From positions 1 to 64,000 of the forward strand of contig JAFAFL010000097.1 of the NCBI GenBank assembly GCA_023423535.1: a DNA stretch of 64,000 bases. Reading direction: 5' to 3'. Below, in pieces: positions 8,115 through 17,948 of the stretch (position 1 is its first letter; every line of letters starts with the position of its first letter). Position numbers and translations under genes: made by a program. The DNA is from Pseudomonadota bacterium (GTDB lineage: Bacteria; Myxococcota; Myxococcia; Myxococcales; Myxococcaceae). The notes beneath the pieces were generated by a model. The model searched no databases. It was given only the letters and a program-made list of their open reading frames with translations, and had not been told where the DNA came from.

Positions 8115-10142
8115 ATGGAAACCCTCCCCGAGCTCGCCGGACCGGTGGCCATCCTCGCCGGCGGCGGCCTGACCTTCCTCGCCGGCTTCGCGTGGATCAC
8201 CGTGAAGCTCTACCGAAAGGTCGATCAGGGCCGCGCGCTGATCATCAACCGCATGCGGGACGTGAAGGTCACCTTCAACGGCGGCATGGTCATCCCGGTC
8301 GTCCACCGCGCCGAGTTCATGGACATCTCGCTGAAGACCATCGAGATCGACCGCAAGGGCAAGGAGGGCCTCATCTGCCAGGACAACATCCGGGCGGACA
8401 TCAAGGTCACCTTCTTCGTGCGCGTGAACAAGACGCAGGAGGACGTGCTGAAGGTGGCGCAGTCCATCGGCTGCGCGCGCGCCTCCGACCAGAAGACGCT
8501 GGAGCAGCTCTTCGTGGCGAAGTTCTCCGAGGCCCTGAAGACCGTGGGCAAGCGGCTGAACTTCGAGTCGCTCTACGCCGAGCGCGACCACTTCAAGGAG
8601 CAGATCATCAACGTCATCGGCAAGGACCTCAACGGGTACACGCTCGAGGACGCGGCGATCGACTACCTCGAGCAGACGCCGATCGAGTTCCTCGACAAGG
8701 ACAACATCCTCGACGCGCAGGGCATCAAGAAGATCACCGAGCTCACCGCGCACCAGAACGTGCTGACGAACGACTTCCGGCAGGAGGAGCGGAAGGCGAT
8801 CACCAAGCAGAACGTGGAGGCGAACGAGGCGGTGCTCGCGCTCGAGCGCCAGCAGTCGGATGCGGAGGCGAAGCAGCGCCGCGAGGTGGAGACGGTGCGC
8901 GCCCGCGAGCTGGCGGAGACGGAGCGGGTGAAGAGCGAGGAGCACGCCCGCGCGCAGCTCGCCCGCATCAAGGCGGAGGAGGAGATCCTCATCAACGAGC
9001 AGAACAAGATGAGGCAGATCGAGGTCGCGCAGAAGAACCGCGAGCGCATCGTCGGCATCGAGGCGGAGAAGGTCGCGAAGGACAAGCAGCTCGAGGCGAT
9101 CTCGCGTGAGCGCGAGGTGGAGCTGAACCGGATCGCGAAGGAGAAGGCGCTGGAGGTCGAGCGCAAGGCGATCGCGGACGTGGTGCGCACGCGCATCGTC
9201 GTCGACAAGTCGGTGGCGGAGGAGGAGGAGAAGATCAAGGACCTCCGCGTCCGGGCCGAGGCGACCCGGCAGAAGGACGCGGCGGTCATCCACGCCGAGG
9301 CGGAGGCGCAGGAGCACCTCGTCAAGGAGATCAAGGCGGCGGAGGCCTCCGAGGAGGTCACGAAGATCGACGCGCGGAAGAAGCTGCTCACCGCCGAGGC
9401 GGACCTCGAGGCCGCGGACCGCAGCGCGCGCGCGAAGATGCGGCTCGCCGAGGGCATCCAGGCGGAGAGCGCGGCGAAGGGCCTCGCCGAGGTGCGGGTG
9501 AAGGAGGCGGACGCGCTCGCCACCGAGAAGCAGGGCCTGGCGGAGGCGCGGGTGGAGGAGCAGAAGGGCCTCGCGCTGGTGAAGGTGCAGGAGGCCGAAG
9601 CGGTCGCGATCCAGAAGCGCGGCGAGGCCGAGGCGGACGCCATCCAGCAGAAGCTCGAGGCGGAGGCGCGCGGTCTGGCGGAGAAGGCCACCGCGATGAA
9701 GGCGCTCGACGGCGTGGGCCGCGACCACGAGGAGTTCCGGCTCAAGCTCGAGAAGGAGAAGGCGGTGGAGCTCGCCGCGATCGACGTGCGCCGTCAGATC
9801 GCCGAGGCGCAGGCGAAGGTCATGGCCGAGGCCATGGGCAACGCGAAGATCAACATCGTCGGCGGCGACGGCCAGTTCTTCGAGCGCTTCGTGAAGGCGG
9901 TCTCGCTCGGCCAGTCGATGGACGCGGCGATCGATCAGTCCCAGTCGATGCAGACGTTCTTCAAGGACTACCTCTCCGGCCAGAAGAGCCTGCCGGACGA
10001 CCTGAAGGACATCCTCTCGCGGCCGGGCCTCACCGGTGACGCGCAGAACGTGGCGCTGACCGCGCTGCTGGCGAAGATGGCGCAGCAGCCCACGGTGCCG
10101 CTGGCGCAGCAGCTGAAGAACGTGGTCGATCCCGCGAAGTAG
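8115..10142 (+). CDS. Flotillin-like SPFH/band-7 protein with a long EA-rich coiled-coil tail (YqiK/FloT family)
   Basis: N-terminal TM, SPFH core (RALIINRMRDVKVTFNGGMVIPVVHRAEFMDISL), roughly 400 aa of heptad-rich coiled coil. Confidence 0.8.
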   Translation: METLPELAGPVAILAGGGLTFLAGFAWITVKLYRKVDQGRALIINRMRDVKVTFNGGMVIPVVHRAEFMDISLKTIEIDRKGKEGLICQDNIRADIKVTFFVRVNKTQEDVLKVAQSIGCARASDQKTLEQLFVAKFSEALKTVGKRLNFESLYAERDHFKEQIINVIGKDLNGYTLEDAAIDYLEQTPIEFLDKDNILDAQGIKKITELTAHQNVLTNDFRQEERKAITKQNVEANEAVLALERQQSDAEAKQRREVETVRARELAETERVKSEEHARAQLARIKAEEEILINEQNKMRQIEVAQKNRERIVGIEAEKVAKDKQLEAISREREVELNRIAKEKALEVERKAIADVVRTRIVVDKSVAEEEEKIKDLRVRAEATRQKDAAVIHAEAEAQEHLVKEIKAAEASEEVTKIDARKKLLTAEADLEAADRSARAKMRLAEGIQAESAAKGLAEVRVKEADALATEKQGLAEARVEEQKGLALVKVQEAEAVAIQKRGEAEADAIQQKLEAEARGLAEKATAMKALDGVGRDHEEFRLKLEKEKAVELAAIDVRRQIAEAQAKVMAEAMGNAKINIVGGDGQFFERFVKAVSLGQSMDAAIDQSQSMQTFFKDYLSGQKSLPDDLKDILSRPGLTGDAQNVALTALLAKMAQQPTVPLAQQLKNVVDPAK

Positions 10143-10169
10143 CCAAGGCTCTCAGAGAGGCACAACGAC

Positions 10170-13100
10170 ATGGCGGCCGAGACCCCTCACGCGGCACAGC
10201 CGGCGGGAGGGGCCGGGCAGGAGCACCTCGAGGGCGGCAGCTACGAGGTCATCCGCGCGCGGCTCCTTTCGCATGCAAAGGAGCTCGGGCTCCGCGCGGA
10301 CGCGCTGAACGACCGGCGCAAGCAGCTCTTCCGGGGCCAGGAGCTGGCGGTCCTCGGCAACGAGCGCGTGCGCACCGAGAACAACTGCGTCCCGTGCGAC
10401 CTCGTCGCCATCGGGCGGCACGTGCTCTTCGGGTACAACGTCTTTCTCGGGCTGAAGAGCGAGACGAAGGTCTCGGACGTGCTGTCGCTCCACAAGTTCG
10501 AGCCCACGAGCGAGGGCGGGTTCGACCTGTCGGAGGTCTCGACGGCGGAGGCTGGCGGGTTCCTCGCGGACGCGCGCTTCATCCGCGAGTTCGGCGAGCT
10601 CTACCGCTACTACAAGGGCACGCGGCTCGTGCAGCTGCGCCGTCCCGAAGGCCGGCTGTTGATGGTCTTCCAGGTGGGCGAGAGCGCGCGGGACGTGAAG
10701 GTGTTCCGCTTCGCGGTCGATCCGAACGGCAACGCCACCTACATCGACAACGCGGGCGAGCGCGAGAACGTCTATCCCGCGTCGCACGACTTCGAGTGGA
10801 CCGCCACCGGCCGCGACCAGTTCGTGCGCGGCATCCACCCCCACGTGAACATCCTCGACGAGGTCTTCGTGGAGACGGTGGGCGGCGACCTCACCGTCAA
10901 GGTCGAGAACAACACCCAGGACGGGCAGGGCATCTACTCCGAGCCGGTGGAGGACAGGAGCCAGTCGCTCGACGACGCGCAGATCCACTACGCGAAGGTC
11001 GGCACGCTCATCCTCCTCAAGGTGCTGCCCTTCCGCGAGCAGCAGTGGCGCTACCTCGTGTTCAACACGCGGTCGCGGCAGGTGGTGCGGATCGACGCCA
11101 TCGGCCAGGCGTGCGTGCAGCTGCCGGAGGATCAGGGGATCATCTTCCCCGGCGGCTATTACCTCCAGACCGGCGACTACAAGGTCTTCGACGCGGATCC
11201 GTCGGGCCTGATGATGAAGCGGGTGCGCAAGTCTCCGAACGGCGAGGACGTGCTCTACGTCTTCCATCGCCGCGAGGACGGGCACTACACGCTGCTGCCC
11301 TACAACCTCGTGCGCCGCGAGGTCTCGAACCCCATCCACTGCCACGGCTACTCGCTCTTCGACGACGGGAAGATGGTGCTCTTCCGGTCCACCTCCGACG
11401 AGCCGGCGCGCGTGCACCCGATGCAGGTGTGGCAGACGCCGTTCGTCAGCGTCGAGCACGCGGCGGCGGTGGTGCCGCAGGACGGCTCGTACCTGACGAA
11501 GGTGGGCAACGCGGATCTGGTGCGCGGGATCAGCGAGGCCTACACGCTCAAGCGCATCGCCGAGCAGGACGCGCCCACGCGGAGGACGTACGAAGACCTC
11601 ATCGCGCAGGCCGGCCGGATGGCGGACGCCTACTACTGGCTCGGCCACGACGAGGTGGGGCTGCTGCAGCGGGTGGAGGAGCTGCGCAAGACCGCGGACC
11701 TCATCGTCGGCGAGTTCGAGAAGGTCCAGGCGCTGAAGGCGAAGGCGCGCGCGGTGGTGCAGGAGGCGGAGGCGCAGCAGCGCGCGATCGTCGAGGGGCT
11801 GCGGCCGGAGTCGCTCGCGTCCGTCGACGAGTTCATGGAGAAGCTGGGGGCGCTGCGCAACCAGCGCGGGCACCTCATCACCCTGCGCGAGGTCCGCTAC
11901 GTCGATCTGGCGAGGCTGACCGAGCTGGAGAAGGAGGCCTCCGCCCACTTCGACGCGGTGAGCGTGGCGTGTGTGGAGTTCCTGCTCGGCGCGCAGGCGC
12001 TGGCGCCGCTGACGGCGAAGCTCGAGGAGCTGTTCGCCCAGGGCAAGCGGGTGGAGCGCTCCGCGGAGCTGAAGCCGCTGACGGAGGAGCTGGAGAAGAC
12101 GGGCCACGGGCTCGACGTGCTCGGCGAGGTGGTGGGGCAGCTGCAGGTGGGAGACCCCGTCGCGCGCGCGGCGATCCTCGAGGGGATCAGCGAGGTCTTC
12201 AGCCACCTCAACCGCGTCCGCGCGTCGCTCGCGTCGCGGAGGAAGGAGATCCTCGGGCGCGAGGGCAAGGCGGAGTTCGGCGCGCAGTTCAAGCTGCTGG
12301 GCCAGGCGATCGAGAGCGCCATCGGCCAGTGCGACACGCCGGAAAAGTGCGACGAGCAGCTGTCGCGGCTGACGGTGCAGCTGGAGGAGCTCGAGGGCCG
12401 CTTCGGCGAGTTCGACGAGTTCATCGCCGACCTCGCGAAGAAGCGCGAGGAGCTCTACGAGGCCTTCGGCGCGAAGCGGCAGCAGCTGCTCGACGAACGG
12501 CAGCGGCGGGCGCAGAACCTCTTCGGCGCGGCGGAGCGGATCCTCGCCGGCGTCTCGCGGCGCGCAGAGAGCTTCAAGACCGAGGACGAGCTCAACGCCT
12601 ACTTCGCGTCCGACGCGATGGTGCACAAGGCGCGGCAGATCAGCGAACAGCTGATGGCGCTCGGCGACTCGGTGCGCGCGGACGAGCTGCAGTCGAAGCT
12701 CAAGCAGGCCCGGCAGGACGCGGCGCGGGTGCTGCGCGACAAGAAGGAACTCTTCGAGGACGGGCAGAGCGTCATCAAGCTCGGCGCGCACCGCTTCAAC
12801 GTCAACACGCAGGCGCTGGAGCTCACCGTCGTGCCGCGCGAGGGCGGCCTTTCGCTCCACCTCACCGGCACCGACTTCTTCGAGAGCATCAGCGATCCCG
12901 CGCTCGCCTCCACGCGCGAGTACTGGGACCAGCACCTCGTCAGCGAGACGCCGGAGGTGTACCGGGCGGAGTACCTCGCGGCCTCCATGCTCTTCGACGC
13001 GGAGGAGGGACGGGGAGGGCTCTCCATCGCGGCGCTGCGCGAGGCACACCTGGGCGGCGAGGCGGCGGTGCTCGCGCGGGTCCGGGCGTACGCGCAGGAC

Positions 13101-15971
13101 CGCTACGACGAGGGCTACGAGCGCGGCGTCCACGATCACGACGCGGCCCGCGTGCTCGAGGCGTTGCTCGCGCTGCGCGACGGCGCGGGCCTCTTGCGCT
13201 TCCCGCCTTCTGCACGCGCGAACGCGCAGCTCTTCTGGGCCTTCGGTGGAGACGAGGCCGCGCGGGCGCTCTGGCACCGGCGCGCAGTGAGCCTCGGGCG
13301 GCTGCGCGAGTCGCTGCAGCGGGCGGCGGCGCTCTCCGCGCTGGCGGAGGAACTCTCCGCTCCCATCGCGCAGTTCCTCCAGACCGCGCGCGTGGCCGCT
13401 TCACAAGAGGAGGCGAAGCTGTCCGCGCGGTACCTCGTGGAGGAGCTGGTGGCGGAGGCGCCGCGCTTCGTCACCGCGCAGGCCTCGCAGGCGTTGGCGG
13501 GGGCGTTCCTCGGTCACCTGGACCGCGTGGGGACGCGCCGCGCGTTCGAGGACGACCTCAGGCTGCTCGCGGGCCGCGTGTCTGAACGCCTCGCGCTGGC
13601 GACGGAGTGGCTCCAGGGCTTCGTGGAGGCCACGAACGTCCGCGTGGACCGCATCGGCGCCCAGGCGACCGGCGGCGGCCTCGACGCGCTGCTCGCCGAA
13701 GAGCGCCACGTGCTCCCCGAGGCGGTGGCGGTGCTGCTGACGGAGGGCGCGCTCACCCGCGACCTCTCCTCGGCGCGCGTGACGGCCGAGGTTGCAGGGC
13801 TTCTCGGTGCGCATCCCCGGGTGCGTGACGGGAAGCTCGCGCTGTCGCTCGACGAGTTCTCGGCGCGGCTGTTCCGCTTCGCACAGGTGCGCGTGCCGGG
13901 CTACCGCGCCTTCCGGGCGGGCCTGAGGGATCTGCTCGAGCGCGAGCGGCGGCGGCTGAAGCTCGACGAGATGCAGCCGAAGATCCTCTCGTCCTTCGTG
14001 CGCAACCGGCTCATCGGCGAGGTGTACCTCCCGCTCATCGGGCAGAACCTCGCGAAGCAGCTCGGCGCGGCGGGCGACACCAAGCGCACCGACCGGATGG
14101 GCCTTCTGCTCATCGTCTCGCCGCCGGGCTACGGCAAGACGACGCTCATCGAGTACGTGGCGGCGCGGCTCGGGCTGGTGTTCGTGAAGGTCAACGGGCC
14201 CGCGCTGGGGCACGACGTGACCTCGCTCGATCCCGCGGAGGCGCCGAACGCGGCGGCGAGGCAGGAGGTCGAGCGGATCAACCTCGCCTTCGAGATGGGG
14301 AACAACGTGCTGCTGTATCTGGACGACATCCAGCACACGTCCCCGGAATTGCTGCAGAAATTCATCTCCCTCTGCGACGGCCAGCGCCGCATCGAGGGCG
14401 TGTACAAGGGCCGCACCCGCACCTACGACCTGCGCGGGAAGAAGTTCGCGGTGGTGATGGCGGGCAACCCCTACACCGAGACCGGCGAGCGCTTCCGCAT
14501 CCCGGACATGCTCGCCAACCGCGCGGACACCTACAACCTCGGCGAGATCCTCGACGGCAAGGACGACCTCTTCGCGCTCAGCTACATCGAGAACGCGCTG
14601 ACGGCGAACACCGTGCTCGCGCCGCTCTCCGGCCGCGACCCGCAGGACGTGCACCGGTTCATCCGGATGGCGAAGGGCGAGGAGATCGCGCAGACGGACT
14701 TCGCGCACAACTACAGCGCAGTGGAGGTCTCCGAGATCGTCGCGGTGCTGCAGCGGCTCTTCCGCGTGCAGGAGACGCTGCTGAAGGTGAACCAGGCGTA
14801 CATCGCGTCCGCGTCGCAGGACGACAAGTACCGCACCGAACCGCCGTTCAAGCTCCAGGGCTCGTACCGGAACATGGCGAAGGTGACGGACAAGATCGTC
14901 GCCGCGATGACGCCGGACGAGGTCGAGCGCGTGCTCGACGATCACTACCAGGGCGAGTCGCAGGTGCTGACCGTCGGCGCGGAGCAGAACCTGCTCAAGC
15001 TCGCGGACCTGCGCGGCCGGCTCTCCGAGGCACAGCGTCAGCGCTGGGAGGAGATCAAGCGCAGCTATGCCCGCGTGCAGCTGATGGGCGGCTCCGAGGA
15101 CGATCCGGTGGCCCGGGTGACCGGTGGCCTCTCCGCGCTCAGCGGCGAGCTCTCCCACATCCGCGATGCGGTGATGCGGGCCGCGCAGTCGGCCTCGCAG
15201 ACCCAGCGGGAGCAGGCCGAGCGCACGCTGGAGCTGCTGAAGGCCGCGCAGGAGACGGCGGCCCAGGCGGCGAGAGCGGCGGAGAAGTCCCGCGCGGCGC
15301 CTCCGCCGCTGCCGACGGCGCAGGCCTCGTCGGGTTCGGCGGCCTCGCTCGACCCGAAGCTGATGGAGCTGTTGCAGACGCGGCTCGACGCGGTGGCGCG
15401 CGCGATGGTGGAGGTCGCGCGGATCGCGGCACGTCCTCCGCCGAAGCCCGAACCCGCAGCCGCGGCCGTCGTCCAGGCACAGGTCCAGCCCCAGCCCGCG
15501 CAGCCGCCGCAGCCTCAGGTGGATCTGACGCCCTACCTCGAGCGGCTGGAGAGCGTGCTCCGCGTGGTGGCTCAGCGCGCGGTGCAGCCGCCGCAGCAGC
15601 CCCAGCCGCAGCGGCCTTCTGCGGAGCCATCGGTGGATCTGTCGCCCTACCTCGAGCGGCTCGACGAGGTGCTGCGCGCCCTCGCCGAGCGCCCGCTGGC
15701 GGTGAACGCCGAAGCCCTGCAGCGCGCCGCGAGCCCTTCCGCCGCGCCGTCATCTTCAGGCCCGACGATCACCCCCGCGCACTACGACCGGCAGATCGAT
15801 CTGGTGCAGCGCGCGCTCGCCCCGCTGGCCCGCATCGCCCGGCGCACGCTGCGCGACGAGGGCGGCGGCTCCATCCGGTCCATCGAGGTCTGGCGTCACG
15901 TGAACGAGGCCCTCCAGTTGCTGCAGACCATCCCGCCGAACCCCGAGACGCCGCCGGAGACGAAGCCGTGA
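10170..15971 (+). CDS. Giant 1933-aa protein: beta-rich N-terminal region, long coiled-coil segments, embedded MoxR-type AAA+ ATPase module, C-terminal Pro/Gln-rich region with a duplicated ~35-aa motif
   Basis: Walker A GYGKTTLIEYVA, Walker B VLLYLDDIQH, sensor-1-like VVMAGNPYTE, Arg finger region RIPDMLANRAD (aa ~1190-1330); direct repeat VDLTPYLERLESVLR / VDLSPYLERLDEVLR; family unknown. Confidence 0.6.
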   Translation: MAAETPHAAQPAGGAGQEHLEGGSYEVIRARLLSHAKELGLRADALNDRRKQLFRGQELAVLGNERVRTENNCVPCDLVAIGRHVLFGYNVFLGLKSETKVSDVLSLHKFEPTSEGGFDLSEVSTAEAGGFLADARFIREFGELYRYYKGTRLVQLRRPEGRLLMVFQVGESARDVKVFRFAVDPNGNATYIDNAGERENVYPASHDFEWTATGRDQFVRGIHPHVNILDEVFVETVGGDLTVKVENNTQDGQGIYSEPVEDRSQSLDDAQIHYAKVGTLILLKVLPFREQQWRYLVFNTRSRQVVRIDAIGQACVQLPEDQGIIFPGGYYLQTGDYKVFDADPSGLMMKRVRKSPNGEDVLYVFHRREDGHYTLLPYNLVRREVSNPIHCHGYSLFDDGKMVLFRSTSDEPARVHPMQVWQTPFVSVEHAAAVVPQDGSYLTKVGNADLVRGISEAYTLKRIAEQDAPTRRTYEDLIAQAGRMADAYYWLGHDEVGLLQRVEELRKTADLIVGEFEKVQALKAKARAVVQEAEAQQRAIVEGLRPESLASVDEFMEKLGALRNQRGHLITLREVRYVDLARLTELEKEASAHFDAVSVACVEFLLGAQALAPLTAKLEELFAQGKRVERSAELKPLTEELEKTGHGLDVLGEVVGQLQVGDPVARAAILEGISEVFSHLNRVRASLASRRKEILGREGKAEFGAQFKLLGQAIESAIGQCDTPEKCDEQLSRLTVQLEELEGRFGEFDEFIADLAKKREELYEAFGAKRQQLLDERQRRAQNLFGAAERILAGVSRRAESFKTEDELNAYFASDAMVHKARQISEQLMALGDSVRADELQSKLKQARQDAARVLRDKKELFEDGQSVIKLGAHRFNVNTQALELTVVPREGGLSLHLTGTDFFESISDPALASTREYWDQHLVSETPEVYRAEYLAASMLFDAEEGRGGLSIAALREAHLGGEAAVLARVRAYAQDRYDEGYERGVHDHDAARVLEALLALRDGAGLLRFPPSARANAQLFWAFGGDEAARALWHRRAVSLGRLRESLQRAAALSALAEELSAPIAQFLQTARVAASQEEAKLSARYLVEELVAEAPRFVTAQASQALAGAFLGHLDRVGTRRAFEDDLRLLAGRVSERLALATEWLQGFVEATNVRVDRIGAQATGGGLDALLAEERHVLPEAVAVLLTEGALTRDLSSARVTAEVAGLLGAHPRVRDGKLALSLDEFSARLFRFAQVRVPGYRAFRAGLRDLLERERRRLKLDEMQPKILSSFVRNRLIGEVYLPLIGQNLAKQLGAAGDTKRTDRMGLLLIVSPPGYGKTTLIEYVAARLGLVFVKVNGPALGHDVTSLDPAEAPNAAARQEVERINLAFEMGNNVLLYLDDIQHTSPELLQKFISLCDGQRRIEGVYKGRTRTYDLRGKKFAVVMAGNPYTETGERFRIPDMLANRADTYNLGEILDGKDDLFALSYIENALTANTVLAPLSGRDPQDVHRFIRMAKGEEIAQTDFAHNYSAVEVSEIVAVLQRLFRVQETLLKVNQAYIASASQDDKYRTEPPFKLQGSYRNMAKVTDKIVAAMTPDEVERVLDDHYQGESQVLTVGAEQNLLKLADLRGRLSEAQRQRWEEIKRSYARVQLMGGSEDDPVARVTGGLSALSGELSHIRDAVMRAAQSASQTQREQAERTLELLKAAQETAAQAARAAEKSRAAPPPLPTAQASSGSAASLDPKLMELLQTRLDAVARAMVEVARIAARPPPKPEPAAAAVVQAQVQPQPAQPPQPQVDLTPYLERLESVLRVVAQRAVQPPQQPQPQRPSAEPSVDLSPYLERLDEVLRALAERPLAVNAEALQRAASPSAAPSSSGPTITPAHYDRQIDLVQRALAPLARIARRTLRDEGGGSIRSIEVWRHVNEALQLLQTIPPNPETPPETKP

Positions 15972-16846
15972 AGCCCCACACGAAGCGCGCCCTCGCTCTC
16001 GCCGGAGCCCTGGCGATGGGTGCACCGCTGTCAGGTTGCAGCGACAAGACGGAGCTCGCGGCGCTGGAGTCCGCGGTGCGCGAGCGCGAACTGGCCCTCG
16101 CCGAGCGTCAGGCGCTGGCGCAGAACCTCGGCGCGCTGAACCACGACGTCGCCGAGCTCGAGCGCGAGGTCGAAGGCGCGGGAGGCCTGCTCCAGCCGCA
16201 GACCGCGGCGGACGCCGTGCGACCGCACCTGCCGCAGGGCGTTGCGCTCGACGTGGCCGAGGGCGGCAAGCGGCTCGTCATCTGGGGCGGAGGAGGGGCC
16301 CCGTCGCTCACCGAGGTCGCCGAACGGCTCGCGCGGCACGTGCCCCTGGCAGTGGCCGAGAGCGCGGAGATCTCAGCGCCGCACTACCGGCTGGAGCTCG
16401 TGGTTGGTCAGGTGGAGGAGGCGGCACCGCAAGCCGAGCGCTCTTCGCCGCGCTCCTTCACGCAGCCGCCGCCCACGTCGTGGCGCAGCGGGAGCAAGAG
16501 CCGGGAGCTCCGCGCGCGCCTCGAGCAGATGGAGCGACAGCTCGCGGAGCTGGGAAAGGTGCTCGGTGGCGCGGACGAGCTGGTGGCGAAGAGGAGGGAC
16601 CTCGAGCAGCGCAAGCGGGCGCTCGCGGGCCTCGACCGCGCGGGCGAGTTCGGACCGCTGCTCGCGCGCGCGGTTTCGGCGGGGCAGCTGACGCAGGCGG
16701 TGTTCGGCTTCTCGCCCGGCTCGATGGTCCTCGAGATCCGGGAGGGCGGTGACGTCGCCGAGCTGGCGAAGGTGATGCAGGAGGAGGGGATGAAGGTCTC
16801 CACCGCCGCCGGGCCGCCGGCGAGGGTGGAGCTCTCCCGGCCGTAG
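15968..16846 (+). CDS. Lipoprotein with coiled-coil regions, translationally coupled to the giant ATPase gene
   Basis: GTG start overlapping the upstream stop (GTGA); signal peptide with lipobox LSGC. Confidence 0.55.
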   Translation: MKPHTKRALALAGALAMGAPLSGCSDKTELAALESAVRERELALAERQALAQNLGALNHDVAELEREVEGAGGLLQPQTAADAVRPHLPQGVALDVAEGGKRLVIWGGGGAPSLTEVAERLARHVPLAVAESAEISAPHYRLELVVGQVEEAAPQAERSSPRSFTQPPPTSWRSGSKSRELRARLEQMERQLAELGKVLGGADELVAKRRDLEQRKRALAGLDRAGEFGPLLARAVSAGQLTQAVFGFSPGSMVLEIREGGDVAELAKVMQEEGMKVSTAAGPPARVELSRP

Positions 16847-16852
16847 GGGCGG

Positions 16853-17848
16853 CTACGCCACGGTCAGCGCGATCTTCCCGCGGACCCTGCCCGAGGCGAG
16901 GTAGCGCATCGCCTCCGCGCCCTCCTGCAGCGGGAAGACGCGGTCCACGCCCGCCTTCACCACGCCCTCGCTGATGAGCTTCGCCAGCTCGAGGAGATCC
17001 GGCCGGTTCGCGAGGGAGAACATGCTCACGAACCGCTGCTTCACGAACGGCCCCAGGGCCAGTGCGCCCAGCTGTCGTTCGAGGCCGCCGAAGAACTGAC
17101 CGCCGCCCTCGCCGCCGACGAAGACGAGGGTGCCCGAAGGCGCGAGCGCGCGGCGCAGGTCCGCCACCGGCCGCAACCCGCCGCAGTCGAGGATCACGTC
17201 CCAGGTCCGCCCCGTCTGCGTGAAGTCCTCCTTCGCGTAGTCGAACACCTCGGCCGCGCCGAGCTGCCGAACCAGCTCGACCTTCGAGGCGCTGCACACG
17301 CCGGAGACCTCCGCGCCCGCGGCGCGCGCGAGCTGCACCGCGAAGGTGCCCACGCCGCCGCCCGCCCCGGTGATGAGCACGCGCTGACCGGCCTCGACCT
17401 TCGCGCGGACGCGCACCGCCTGCAGCGCGGTGATGCCGGAGGTGGCGACCGTCGCCGCCGCCTCGAAGGAGAGTCCGTCCGGCAGCGGCACCAGCTGTGA
17501 TTCGGGCACCCGCGCCCACTCGGCAAAGGCGGCGTTGCACCAGCCGAAGACCCTGTCGCCGGGCGCGAGCGTGGTCACCCCGGGGCCCACCCGCTCGACG
17601 ATCCCCGCCACGTCCATCCCGCGCACCGGCTCCTTTGGCCGCCGCAGGCCCAGCGCCAGCCGCGCCACCAGCGGCAGCCCGGTCATCAGGTGCGCGTCGC
17701 CCTGGTGGATGCCCGCGCCCTTCACCCGGAGGAGCACCTCGCCCTCGCGCGCCTCCGGCAAGGGCACCTCGCCGTACCGCAGCACCTCGGGCCCGCCGTA
17801 ACGGTCCTGGAAGAGGGCCTTCATCGTCGTCTGCGCGCCCGCCGTCAT
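16853..17848 (-). CDS. NADPH:quinone oxidoreductase / zinc-type alcohol dehydrogenase (MDR superfamily)
   Basis: GroES-like N-domain; Rossmann motif LITGAGGGVGTFAVQLA; start may be the internal M (MKALFQD). Confidence 0.8.
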   Translation of the reverse strand: MTAGAQTTMKALFQDRYGGPEVLRYGEVPLPEAREGEVLLRVKGAGIHQGDAHLMTGLPLVARLALGLRRPKEPVRGMDVAGIVERVGPGVTTLAPGDRVFGWCNAAFAEWARVPESQLVPLPDGLSFEAAATVATSGITALQAVRVRAKVEAGQRVLITGAGGGVGTFAVQLARAAGAEVSGVCSASKVELVRQLGAAEVFDYAKEDFTQTGRTWDVILDCGGLRPVADLRRALAPSGTLVFVGGEGGGQFFGGLERQLGALALGPFVKQRFVSMFSLANRPDLLELAKLISEGVVKAGVDRVFPLQEGAEAMRYLASGRVRGKIALTVA

Positions 17849-17882
17849 CTCGTCTGCTCCTGCCCGAGCCGGTCGCTCAGGC

Positions 17883-17907
17883 TTACAGTGTAAACTTACG
17901 GGGTAAG
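17883..17907. promoter_or_regulatory. Candidate TetR operator: perfect 11-bp palindrome TTACAGTGTAA plus adjacent inverted repeat CTTAC-GGGG-GTAAG in the divergent intergenic region
   Basis: Direct reading; relatively AT-rich stretch between the divergently transcribed oxidoreductase and TetR genes. Confidence 0.4.
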
Positions 17908-17948
17908 CTAAAGCTGGCGCACGCGCCGGTCAACGGTATCTTTCGCGC

